From the NCBI RefSeq assembly GCF_006345805.1, contig NC_043003.1, forward strand, positions 28,830,001 to 28,894,000: 64,000 nt of DNA, read 5' to 3'. The notes under the pieces were generated by a model that saw nothing but the letters and a program-made list of their open reading frames with translations, did not search any database and was not told where the DNA came from. Positions 38,184 through 50,882 of this stretch are shown here, piece by piece; positions within the stretch are counted from its first letter, which is position 1; each line of letters begins with the position of its first letter. This DNA is from Octopus sinensis (taxonomy: Eukaryota). A program made the translations under genes and the position numbers.

Positions 38184-38767
38184 CAGTAGGTGTCGCTTCC
38201 GACAATCTCTGTTCGATGGTTTTATTTACCTAGTTTCGGTGGAATACATCCACTTGTTTTCAATAATAGAAATATTAAAATAACTAAGTCTCTCTAAAAG
38301 AGAACAGCGGCAGCGTTCCCGGAAAATAATAGTTATCGCCATACTAATATGGCATTCTTATAAAAATAAGAAAAAAGCTGTCCGCTTATTAGCTCCATGA
38401 GGCCATCGCCTTAAGTTAGCTATTTGATACACAAACTGTATCCATATAACCTTCGAACAAGGGAGGTCAGTCGCTCCACACTACTTGACCGGCAGCTACA
38501 GACGCGTTTCGGGGTATTGCCCCTTTTCAATGCAGCGTAGCCAGCCAGTAGGTGTCGCTTCCGACAATCTCTGTTCGATGGTTTTATTTACCTAGTTTCG
38601 GTGGAATACATCCACTTGTTTTCAATAATAGAAATATTAAAATAACTAAGTCTCTCTAAAAGAGAACAGCGGCAGCGTTCCCGGAAAATAATAGTTATCG
38701 CCATACTAATATGGCATTCTTATAAAAATAAGAAAAAAGCTGTCCGCTTATTAGCTCCATGAGGCCA
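38184..38767 (-). repeat. 362-bp HHR-bearing tandem repeat: one full unit plus a partial unit
   Basis: cagtaggtgtcgcttcc recurs at 38184 and 38546 (period 362); the third unit breaks off after agctccatgaggccat at ~38767. Confidence 0.95.
38495..38536 (-). ncRNA. Minimal type I hammerhead ribozyme, U3-A8 variant (copy 2)
   Basis: Identical to 32756-32797; predicted cut between 38501 and 38500. Confidence 0.8.
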
Positions 38768-39204
38768 TGATAGATCGCTAGCCACTATACCTTTTTCTAT
38801 TTTCTCTCCCTGTTTATTTCTGTGTTCTTTTCTGTCAAAGAGCGTAGGCTCAAAACATAAAAGACCTTCTCTCTTCCCGAGCGTTAAACTAATATATCTG
38901 TCTGTTGTTTTCACAGCCGTCTTCGTCTTTCGTGTTTTTTTTCTGTAAATTCTTACTATGTGTGTGTGCGTGTGTGCGGATTTATCTCCTATCTCCACTA
39001 CCACTAGACAGCCGGTGCTGGCGTGTTTACTTTTCCCCACATGAGAGCTGTTCGGTAAAGAAACCGATAGAATAGGCGCGAAGCCCCAAGGAAGAAGCAA
39101 GTACGGGAATCAATACGTTCCACTAAAAGTTCTTCAAGGCGGTGTCCCAGCATGGTGCAGTCTCATGAGGGAAACATGTAGTAAAAGATAATAATGACAA
39201 GAGG

Positions 39205-39229
39205 AGGAAGAAAAAGAAGAAGAAGAAGA

Positions 39230-39264
<35 letters not shown>

Positions 39265-39470
39265 AAGAAGAAGAAGAAGAAGAAGAAGAAGAAGAAGATG
39301 ATGATGATGATGATGATGATGATGAAGAAGAAGAAGATGAGATGATGATGATGATGATGATGATGATTATGATGAAGACGAAGAAGAAGAAGAAGAAGAA
39401 AAAGAAGAAGAAGAAGAAGAAGAAGAAGAAGAAGAAGAAGAAGAAGAAGAAGAAACAACAACAACAACTT
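39205..39470. repeat. Compound (AAG)n(TAG)n(GAT)n microsatellite
   Basis: Read directly from the sequence. Confidence 0.95.
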
Positions 39471-39847
39471 AGCAAACTGAAAGAAACCCTTTGACTACGA
39501 AGACATCAAAGCAAACTGAAAAAAATAAACCTTTTTAGGAAGCCAGTACATTCTCTCACGACACATATTCTGCGATGTTTCTTCAAGTTACCAAAGAACG
39601 ACGCTAAGATTGGCACGTAGGCATAATCAGGGATGGTTCTGTTTACCATTGGTAAATGCTGCAATGACTAGTGGTAAAGTAGATATCATTTATGGTAGTA
39701 TACAACGGGTGGGAGACACGTTGGATGTCTGCGACTCAATTCCAGCTTAATTCTTTAATTCAGTGTGTGTGACAGTCATATCAATAAGTGGAGAGATAGA
39801 GTGTGTAGGTCTATATATATATTAGCACATATACATATAACACATAC

Positions 39848-39912
<65 letters not shown>

Positions 39913-40181
39913 TAGATATATACATAGAGAGAGGGGGGAGTTAAAGAGAGAATGAAAGGGGAGTGATATTCATTTAGATGTGTGTATGTATATAAACATA
40001 AAGAAAGACAGCTACCACAGAAGTGGGAGACAAGCTATCACACAAACACACATTAATACGTGTCTGTGTGTGTGTGTGTGCGCGTGCGTGAGTGTGTGTG
40101 TGTGTGCGTGTGTGCGTGTGTGCGTGTGTGTGTGTCTGTGTTTATTCATAGATAGATAGAGAAAAAAAGCGAGAGAGAGCG

Positions 40182-40218
<37 letters not shown>

Positions 40219-40401
40219 TGTTTCTTTATTAGCCACACACGGCTGCACACAGACAGGACAAATTACAAGGTAGAGCTTTTCTTTTGGGGGTAAAAAAAGG
40301 GGGTTTGGTTTTCGATCAAAAGGGATCGTAAAGGGAAAGAAAGAGGACAAAAAAAAGGGGGGAATAAAATTTTAAAAAGGGGGGAGAAAGGGAAAGGAAA
40401 A

Positions 40402-40465
<64 letters not shown>

Positions 40466-40821
40466 TTTTCTAATTATCTATCTATGATAGATAATTAGAA
40501 AAGGAGACAGCTGATGATTGATTTTCTCGTTATCCAAACTTCCTCTCTAAATGCTATCTTTCAAGTATCAAAAAGATGAAGGGATGGTCTTGAATTTGGC
40601 AAATGAATAACATTGGTTTGCTTAAACGTCATGGAGCACAAAGGTTCAGGTTGGGGAATACAACATGTATTTGCGGCAGTTATTGTTATTACGAGATATC
40701 TCTTGAGACTAATCGTAGGATTCTTAATTGGGATTTCATAGGTAGCATAAATAGAAGTATTTCCCAGATATCCTCTGACGGGTTTATTTTCAAACATTCC
40801 TCCTCTACTACACCAATAGTG

Positions 40822-41070
40822 GAGATGCGTGGCTTAGTGGTTAGGGTATTGGACTCATGATCGGGAGATTGCGGTTTCGATTCCTGGACCGGGTGACTTG
40901 TTTTATTCTTGAGCAAAGCATTTCATTCCACGTTGCTCCAGTGAATCCCCTGGAAAAAATGAATAATCCTGCAATGGACCAGGATCCCGTCTAGGTGGGG
41001 GAATGTATACGCCATGGAAACCGGAAAACCGGCCCTTATGAGTTAGCATGACTCGAAAAAGTAACCTTTA
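40822..41070 (+). mobile_element. tRNA-derived SINE
   Basis: gcgtggcttagtggttagggtattggactc…ggtttcgattcctggacc head, ttcttgagcaaagca body; tail similar to 4602-4700. Confidence 0.65.
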
Positions 41071-41619
41071 CGTTTTTTTGTTTATGTTTTGTATTTTTAC
41101 CTATAACGATACGTTAACATGAAGTGTCGTTTGTGAGATTTTCTACGTTTTCATGAAAATAGGGCTACTTTCATGAAAGTAAAACCATAACAGCTTTTCG
41201 AAATTTTTTACAATGAACAGAAAGTCACTATATGTCTGTAAATATATTTTGAAATGATCCATTTTCGTACCTGATATCGATATCGGGATAATCTTTTGCA
41301 GATTTCAAGGATGTCTTGAAATTATTACATCCATTTTTATAAGATATATCACACTAGGTGAATGAAAATTTTGACCACACACTTTGTTGTCCATCAAACT
41401 CGTTAGTAAATTTCAAAATCAATGTTAAACAAAGTAAGTATTTTTATATTGCTATGTGAGAATTAGCAGAGAAAGTAGCAGTTAATATTTTCAGAGGAAT
41501 AAAGTTATTTTGTACGATATCATACACGTCACATGTTTTGGGTCATCTTGAAAACAGAATAAAATCATTTATGCTTAATTCTTGTAGACTTTCACGTGAA
41601 AATAAATCAATACAATTCT

Positions 41620-41850
41620 TATTTCCCTATTGCCCACAAGGGGCTAAACATAGAGGAGACAAACAAGGACAGACATAGGTATTAAGTCGATTACATCGAC
41701 CCAGTGCGCAACTGGTATTTATTTAATTGACCCCGAAAGGATGAAAGGCAAAGTCGACCTCGGCGGAATTTGAACTCAGAACGAAAAGTCAGACGAAATA
41801 ACGGTAAGCATTTCGCCTGGCGTGCTAACGTTTCCGCCAGCTCGCCGCCT
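41620..41850 (-). mobile_element. SINE family A, full length
   Basis: Complete head-to-tail copy in reverse orientation. Confidence 0.85.
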
Positions 41851-42552
41851 TAATACAATTCTATTAGTAAAGGTTCAAGATTTACAGCTTAGATATTTCA
41901 TATATTTTGCCTCTGACTGTCATGTTCATCACGTGAGAATATGCCTGTAGTAGAACCAAGAAGACACAATTTGGTTCAACGCAGTCAACTATTTGGAGGA
42001 ATTCATTAATATGGGTAGGAATTTTCTATCTTTGCATAATTTTCACAAGCTTTTTAAGAGTGACAGTGGCAAGTTGGTTATAGTCGCCTGGATGGCATCA
42101 CTCCTCACATCACACATAACAATCTAGAACACCACCCAGAAAATTTCCCTCTAATACCCAGTTGCAAACGCAGAATTTTATAATAAAATCTTTCAATGCA
42201 GTTGCTATATAGAAGCATACCTTTAATGAGTTGATGTAATTTTCTTCGAAAAGGATTTCGAGTAAATCGCGCTCAAAACAAACAAGTGTGTGTGTGTGAT
42301 TGACTGCTGGCGTTATGTGAATGAGTCGTTAAGTCATTCACACATAACAGAAAACACAAATTCACTTTTAATTATACTTGTAAGAGCAGAGTTGTCAATC
42401 TACATATTGAAATTAAAGAATTACACTAATATTCTCAATCACGATACATTTAAGTTTAAAACAACAAATATAGATACGTGCCATCTTTAACTTCAACAGA
42501 ATATTCCATTCAGATTAAAACTCCATACATATATACATGCATACATACATAT

Positions 42553-42623
<71 letters not shown>

Positions 42624-42698
42624 CATATATATTCATATATAATATATATGCGTGTGTGTGTGTGCGTATACATATATATATCTAAACATATGTATATA

Positions 42699-43977
42699 CG
42701 AGGGGCGTTCAATAAGTAATGCCCCTGACCGACTTCCCATAGCAGTAGAACAACGAAACTTGGCACAGTTATTAGTCTTTTTCTACATAGGAACCACCCA
42801 GAGTTACGCATTTCTCCCATTGTTTGATGCAAGTCTGGAGACTGTTTTTGTAGAAGATCCCAGCTTGGTCCTCCAACCACGACGTGACTTCAGAAATCAA
42901 GGCTGCATCATCTGGGAAACGCTTTCCTTTCAAAAACAACTTCATGGCTGGGAAGAGGTGAAAATCAGAGGGTGCAAGGTCAGGAGAGTAGGGGGAGGGG
43001 AGGAGTTCATAGCCGCACGCCTGTGCTTCTGATCTGGCGACACGCGTGTTGTGGACCGGAGCGTTGCCCTGCAGGGGGAGGATGCCTTTACTGATCTTGC
43101 CCCGCCTCTTGATTTTGATAGCTTCTCTTAATTTCCTCAAAAGTGAAGCATAATAGGCTCCTGTAATTGTGGTACCCTTTGCCATGAAATCTGTCATCAC
43201 TACTCCGTCCTGGTCCCAGAAGACTGTGAATATGACCTTGCCAGCGGAGGTCTGCACCCTTGCCTTCTTTGGAGGAGGTGAGTCACGGTGCTTCCACTGC
43301 ATTGACTGGGCTTTGGTCTCTGGATCATAGTGATGGACCCAGGTTTCATCCTGCGTAATCAGTCTTATGAAAAACTTTGACTCATCTTCTTGGCACATCT
43401 CCAAATTCATCCTCGAGCACTCGACGCGTTCTTGCTTCTGGAAAGGTGTGAGCAACCTGGAAATCCATCTGGCAGACACCTTTTGCATATGCAAATGATT
43501 ATGAATGATAGTTTCCACAGACCCGGTACTAATCTTGACCCCATGGGCTATTTGGCGAATAGTTATGCGTCGATCTTCCAAAATGGCAGCCTCAACTTGA
43601 CGGACAGATGTCTCATCAATGGCAGAAGGGGGGCGACCAGATCTGGGAGCTGCTTCCACAGTGTTTGACCATGTTTGAATTCACGATGCCAGCGATTTGC
43701 AAGGTCATATGATGGGGCATCATCATCATAAGTTACTTTTATTTCATCAAAAGTCTCGCGTACTTTCAAATACAAAAATCGGATCACTGCTCGACACTCA
43801 ACAGGCTCCACTTCACACTTTACTCAGTTCAAACACCTGTAAATAAGAAACCACAATTAGTTCAGAGCTGTAATTTGCCACTTAATCTATAGAGATATAA
43901 GTAATTGCACATGCAAAATTTCAGCTAGATCAAACAAATGCAAGTGGGTCAGGGGCATTACTTATTGAACGTCCCTC

Positions 43978-43978
<1 letters not shown>
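42699..43978 (-). mobile_element. Full-length mariner element (1,280 bp) in a TA microsatellite
   Basis: 32-bp TIRs cgagg(g/a)…gttcaataagtaatgcccctgacc with one mismatch; TA on both sides (42697-42698, 43979-43980). Confidence 0.95.
42772..43811 (-). pseudogene. Mariner DD(34)D-type transposase, disrupted
   Basis: MEPVECRAVIRFLYLK… N-terminus frameshifted into ORF 42772-43659 with WISRLL, TQDETW, LQGNA (second catalytic Asp reads Gly) and YSPDLAPSDF. Confidence 0.9.
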
Positions 43979-44047
<69 letters not shown>

Positions 44048-44051
44048 CTGC

Positions 44052-44082
<31 letters not shown>

Positions 44083-44377
44083 TGTGTACATATAATGTAT
44101 ATACATACATACAAAAATACATACAAACATAACAGAACCTGAGATTATTTATAAGATATTTTGTAATAATCATATGTAGGTTTTCCTTTCTTTTCTATAT
44201 ATAGTCTGTGTATCACTCAAACCCGGATTTCATAATGGATGATAGATTTCCTACACTCAGACTGCAATGTACGTGGAATTCTAAATAACTGATATTTGTC
44301 ACGCAATTTGAAGCTTAAATAAAACTAGAAAAGCATTATACACACACACACATATACTCGCACACAAATACACACAC

Positions 44378-44445
<68 letters not shown>

Positions 44446-44753
44446 TATATATATGTCTAATTTTATTTTTTTTACTTATTAGATTCTCACCGTCGATTTC
44501 GATGTAGGAGTGTCCAGTAGCAATTTAGTTGGGGTTTTTTATGTGTTTCTTGTTTGTCGTCTTGTATTTTAACCCTGATGCTTATGTCTCTTATGAAACT
44601 TTAACCCGGCCAACACTTTACAGACAAGCCTACAGCTGGTCATTTGTATGCATTTATGTAGATGATGTATGTATGTATGTATGTACGCATATATATTTAT
44701 ATAAACACACTTACATAAACACACCCTCCTTCTTTCCTTCTTTCCTGAGTGTC

Positions 44754-44807
<54 letters not shown>

Positions 44808-44927
44808 AGAGACATAACCTCTATTTAGCAATTCAATCAATACTGAACGATATTATCTATACAAACCATATATAGAAAGTAGTTATTCCCTGTTGACTTT
44901 TATATTCCCTAACTATTAATAATAATA

Positions 44928-44980
<53 letters not shown>

Positions 44981-45040
44981 ACATCTATATGTACATGCAT
45001 ACATATATGTAGACACATATGTGTGTGTGTGGTGTCAGTG

Positions 45041-45084
<44 letters not shown>

Positions 45085-45119
45085 ATAATATATATATACG
45101 CACTCATATATATATATGG

Positions 45120-45525
45120 AAAATCCTGGAAGGACTTGTATAAACTTTGGCGTCGGAAGTTACACCCACGGCAGAGAGGGGCACTACTGGGTACTGCCAA
45201 AGATCCTCAAATTGGCATCGGGATACAGGATCAGATACTACAGCAGCTTGTATTTCAAAGGACCCCAGACTTTTAGCATCCTCCCCCAAATCCGGAAACT
45301 CCTACATGGAGTGTATGCGGGTGTCTTTAAAACAAAACAGGATCTGTTCCTGTCACGAGTTCCAGTTGAACCTACATAGCAGCAGGAAATGTAGATGAGT
45401 GGAACAACATCAAATTCCATCGTTGATCAAATGCCACATGTCAAAGGATGTTTCAAGTAGTGAAAGTGTAGCAAAGGTAATGGCTTCTGCCCAAGCATGG
45501 CCGTATCTCTCGAGCAGAAACTAGT
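45120..45525 (+). mobile_element. CR1/L2-group LINE 3' fragment
   Basis: YSSLYFKGPQTFSILPQ…LHGVYAGVFKTKQDLFLSRVPVEP and tail cccaagcatggcc…gaaactag, homologous to 18400-18760. Confidence 0.7.
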
Positions 45526-45549
45526 AATAATACAGACATACATACATAC

Positions 45550-45675
<126 letters not shown>

Positions 45676-46207
45676 AATATATATATATTATATATATATA
45701 TATAGGTGCAGGAGTGGTTGTGTGGTAAGTAGTTTGCTTACTAACCACATGGTTCCGGGTTCAGTACCACTGCGTGACACCTTGGGTAAGTGTCTTCTGC
45801 TATAGCCTCGGGCCGACGAAAGCCTGAAAGAAGCCCGTCGTATATATATGTGTGTGTGTGTATATATATATAAGTAAATAAATGGAGTTGAACGAAGATG
45901 TTATTAACATTCTTTTACTTTCGACATATGTTTCGAACACAACATTGGTTTTATTCCAAAGGAATAAACGGTGTAAAATACAATCTTCTCATCAAGAAAG
46001 AAAGAGAGCCTATCTCAACAACAAGACATTATAACAATTACAATGACTGCCTAAATGATAAACAGAACGTTATTAACTATTTAAAAAAACCGTTAGTAGA
46101 TTTGACGTAATGGGTTACAGAATTTTCAAAGTTACAGAATGGGTTACTGAATTTTCAAAGCCTGATATTCTATCAGCTTCTTCTCTCATGTTCTCTAGTA
46201 GTGATTT

Positions 46208-46306
<99 letters not shown>

Positions 46307-46719
46307 GAGAGAGTGAGAAAGGGGACGGACCTCGTTGGAAATATGAAGTTTAGGAAATTCTGCAATAGGTTCAGCAATTTCCTCATCTCATTCAAATTGA
46401 TTACGTCAAATCTACTAACGGTTTTTTTTAAATATTACGTATTTTTATTTATTAATGATAGAATGACTGTAGAAACAGCTATAGAATTTAATTTAAGAAA
46501 TTTTGATGTATTAGCGAAATATTTGCGTTTTCTATTTCTAAACATTTTGATTTGAACAGTCGTTTTAGCAAATATGTCTCCATGTTGACTACTTCCTATA
46601 AATGATATAGCATTAAAGTAATAATATTTTGGCAGTTAACGTTATGTAAAGCAAGTGAGCTTTTAAAATCAGTGGATATACTTTTATAGACTTTAAGCGC
46701 TATATATATATATATATAA

Positions 46720-46753
<34 letters not shown>

Positions 46754-46934
46754 ATACGTGTGTATATGCGTGTGTATGTTTGTGTATTTATAATTGTGTA
46801 ACTGCTACATAACTTATCACTCAAAATGTTCGTTTCATTAGATGTATTCAAAATGCAAATAGACTCTCTCTTTCTCCTCTCCCTCTTTCACTCTGTCTAT
46901 CTCTATCTCTCTCTCACTATCTCTGTCTGTCTCC

Positions 46935-46998
<64 letters not shown>

Positions 46999-47656
46999 TA
47001 TAGACAGACAGAAAGAGAGGTGTAAATACTTGAATAATTAAATGTTAACTGCATCAAGTTTAAATTGTTGCATATTGATTGTACAGGTTATTCTTAATAT
47101 TGCACTGATACAGGTTACGCACACAAGCATGCACACACACATACACGGAAATATACAAACGCGCGCGTGCAAGCGCGCACACATGCAGATATGCACACAC
47201 ACACCTGCATCTCAATTGTAGTTGTTTTATCGAACGAACTCTCGAAAAACCACGGGAAAATATCGACATGTGAAATTTTATAGAAATTTAGGAATCTTGG
47301 AATTTCGAACAATAGAACAAAGAAGTAAATAAACTGAAAAAAAAAAATCAATCATTCAGAAGTATGTATTGATTTTCAACAAAAGCTTCGAATCAGCGGT
47401 ATATGAATCAAGTGCAATAGATCAGTTCTCTAATGCTTGGTTGCTAGATTTTTCCTTTTTTTTTTATTGATGGATAAAAGGTTAAATACACCTTGGTAAG
47501 ATTCGAACTCATTAAAACACCACAAAACTTTTCGTCCAGTACTTTAACGATTTAGGAACATATAAATTTGTTAAGAATCAATGATAATTATTTTTAATGC
47601 GCTTTTGTTTTATAGTGTTAATCTCTTATGATATAATGTAGCTGTTGTTTTTGTTA

Positions 47657-48080
47657 GGGCGGCGAGCTAGCAGAATCGTTAGCACGCAGAATGAAATGCT
47701 TCGTGGTATTTCGCCCGCTTCTATGCTCTGAGTTCAAGTTGTACCGAGGTCAACTTTGCCTTTCATCCCTTTCGGGGTCGATTAAATAAGTACCAGTTAC
47801 GCATTGAGGTCGATGTAATTGACTTAAACTCTTCCCCAAAATTTGAAGCTTTGCGCTTCCGGTAGAAAAGATTATTATCGTAGTTGTTAAGGCGGCGAAC
47901 TGACAGAATCGTTAGCACGCCGGGCAAAATGCTTAGCCGCATTTCGTCCGTCCCTACGTTCTGAGTTCAAAATGCGCCAAGGTCGATTTTGCTTTTCATC
48001 CTTTCGGGGTCGCATTAGGGTCGATGTAATCGACTATCCCCCTTCCTCTAACATTTCGGGCCTCGTGCATAAGTGGAAAG
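47657..48080 (+). mobile_element. Two family A SINEs in tandem
   Basis: Heads gggcggcgagctagcagaa (47657) and aaggcggcgaactgacagaa (47889). Confidence 0.8.
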
Positions 48081-48569
48081 GTTTATTATTGTTGTTGTTG
48101 TTCGTCTATCGATTTGTGTTGCGCATCGCTCCCGTAAGTGCGTTGTTATTCATATTGTTACACATTGTTATACATGGTACCTTTGTTATCGTTGCTTAAA
48201 CAAACCAGGGCCTTGGGGGAACAGGTTAACTTTTCTCCATTTGTAGCTCTTACGGGTTATTTTGGTGTTTGTTTGGGATAAGACGCCCCTCATTTTTTGC
48301 AAAGAAAGAAAAAGATGGCGAACGAGAATTGTCCGCCCTCCGAAAGGAACATCCGGAAGGATGAAAACTCGCCCCCTTAATAACAATAATAATAATAATA
48401 ATTTTTTCAGACTTTATCAGAGGGGCCAACAGTTTGTGCGGTGGGGAGGCTGAGATTTACTGATAATTTATTTTATCGATCCTGAATGGATGAAAAGGCA
48501 AATTTGACCTCGGTGTGATTTCAACTAGGAACAGAAAAACTTGGGCATTAACCAAAATAATTTCAAACA

Positions 48570-48840
48570 CATTGTAAGTCTTTGAGATGTGGCCATACAG
48601 AAATATTTTGGATAATGTCATAGACAGAATACATAATCAATGGTAATGCAAAATGTGTGGTGAAAGACCATGAAAGAGATGAAAGCAGACTATTCTGGAC
48701 AATTAATTAGAAAGTAAAAAGGTCTACAAAGATTGTTAATAGGAAGGAAATGAAAGGAAGAGACAAACCAAGAATAATCTGACTGGTAATATCAAGAATT
48801 GGACAGTGAAATGGAATGACTATATTGAGTGAATGTATAG
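48570..48840 (+). mobile_element. RTE-clade LINE 3' fragment, highly decayed
   Basis: VFEMWPYRNIL… and GKEMKGRDKPRII*LGNIKNWT resemble the RTE C-terminal AFEMWCYRRML…GRGRPR…WLDNIKEWT pattern. Confidence 0.55.
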
Positions 48841-49269
48841 AGTACATTAAAAGCGAGATGGCGATCAATCGTATTCAACCTACTGAGAATGGACAATATC
48901 TGCCTGTGATGATGCCTGCATGTATAAATGCGCATACATACGCGTACATATCTATATACATGACATATATATGTAGAGAAATATGCATATATATATAGAT
49001 GTGTGTGAGTGAGTGTGTATGTGTGTGTGTGTGTGAGTGTGTGTGTGTGTGTATATACATGTATATGTATATGTATATGTATATATGTGGTAAATGAAAG
49101 ACGGAAGATGGAAAATATAAGAATTTTTAGTTATCACGACAATTGTTTCGACACATTTAACATTGATCCCTCACGTGTGAAATATTAACATCAGGTTCAG
49201 GAGCATCCGACGGTGCAGATGTGTCTCTTCGGGTTATAAATAAATATAACACGTTAAAACAACATAAAA

Positions 49270-49644
49270 CAAGAGCACCCAGGGAGCGCAAACCTCCACC
49301 TAGACAACACCAACGTCCTTTCAAGGGTTAGCCGGGGGTGATTTTTAAAATGAGAATATCTGAAATAAACTCGACTGCTCTCATAAACGAGAATACTAAA
49401 AATGAACCTGACCGCTCTCAAACATTAAGTAAAAAACCCGAAAATATAATCCAGAATCCTTGTCTGGTACTGGATCTAACCCAAAATCTAACCAGTTCGT
49501 GCCAGTTACTAGACCAAACATCCCTGAAAGTTTTATCCGAATCCACCCAGCGGTTCTTGAAATATTTTGTCCATGGACAGACAAACAAACTAACAAACGC
49601 GACTGAAAACAATACCTCCGCCTTCGCTAAGGCAGAGGTAATAA
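49270..49644 (-). mobile_element. HINE-like element, second copy
   Basis: Reverse complement of the 14316-14652 element, including the acctccgcc…ggcagaggt inverted repeat and the gtttgtttgtctg tract. Confidence 0.6.
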
Positions 49645-49739
49645 CTGTTCGGCAATGTATCTTTTCATTTCGTGTAAAGAAAGGCAGCAAATTAAAGGAT
49701 ATATCTTCATTTATATAGAAGATCAATATATTCTCTTAT

Positions 49740-50130
49740 TCTTTTACTTCTTTCAGTCAGGACTGCGGCAATACTGGAGCACCACAAAAAAAGATTTTTT
49801 TAGTCAAAGAAACAGACCCCAGGATCTTTTGTTTTTAATCCTAGTATTTATTCTATCGGTCTCTTTTGCCGAACCGCCAGATACGGGGACGTAAACACAC
49901 CAAAATTCGTTGTCAAGCGATGACAAGGGGACAAATAGAAACAGAGGTACACACACATAAATATATATACATATATATACGACTGGCTTCTTTCAGTTTC
50001 CGTCTACCAAATTCACTAACAAAGCTTTGGTCGGCCCGAGATTATAGCAGAAGCCACCTGCCCATGGTGCCACGCAGTGGGACTCAACCAGGAACTATGT
50101 GGTTGGGAATCAAGCTTCTTACGACACAGT
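49740..50130 (-). mobile_element. SINE family B, near full length
   Basis: Head, internal (TA)(TG) tract and ctccag…gcagtc…ctgaaagaagtaaaag tail. Confidence 0.8.
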
Positions 50131-50772
50131 AATGTAACCTATAAGTAGATATATAAAGAGGACAAATTTAGTTAGCGCACGGCAGATTGAAAAAAGTTCT
50201 GAACAGCCTTACTCAGTTTTCGAAACTTATTGAGTTCTCATCAGAGTTGTTTACATCAATTTGACAAATAGCAGTGAAACAAGCAGTCATTCTACGTATA
50301 TACTCAACAAATCCAGTGACTACAGAGAACCAGAGCAACCAAATCCATTCGCAAGGCTCTGTTCGGCCCAAGGCTATAGTAGACGACACTTGTACAAGGT
50401 GCCACGCAGTGGGACTGAACACGGAGCCATGTAGTTGGTAAGCAAGCTACTTACCACACTGCCACTCCTGCGCCAATGACCCTACATTCGAACGCGGAAT
50501 AGATAAAACAGGAGACAACTGATGAAGGGAATGTTCGTTATGTTGCCTGTCTCGTTTCTTTATTTGTTGCTTTCGCTTTCGAAAAAAATGTTCGTTTTCT
50601 ATGTTTTTGTTTTTTTATGTACTCGTTTCCTATTTTGTTCACTTTTTAATGTCCTGTACCCATATATGCATGTACATAAACATATATACGTAGGTATGTA
50701 CATATATGTATGTATATATGCAAATATTTGTATATTATTCATATATATATATATGTATATATATATATATTA

Positions 50773-50826
<54 letters not shown>

Positions 50827-50839
50827 TATACATATATAA

Positions 50840-50881
<42 letters not shown>

Positions 50882-50882
<1 letters not shown>

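Noticed and set aside
40560-40820. Possible transposase fragment (EDIWEILLFMLP…)
   Set aside because: Multiple stops and no diagnostic motif; cannot be assigned by eye.
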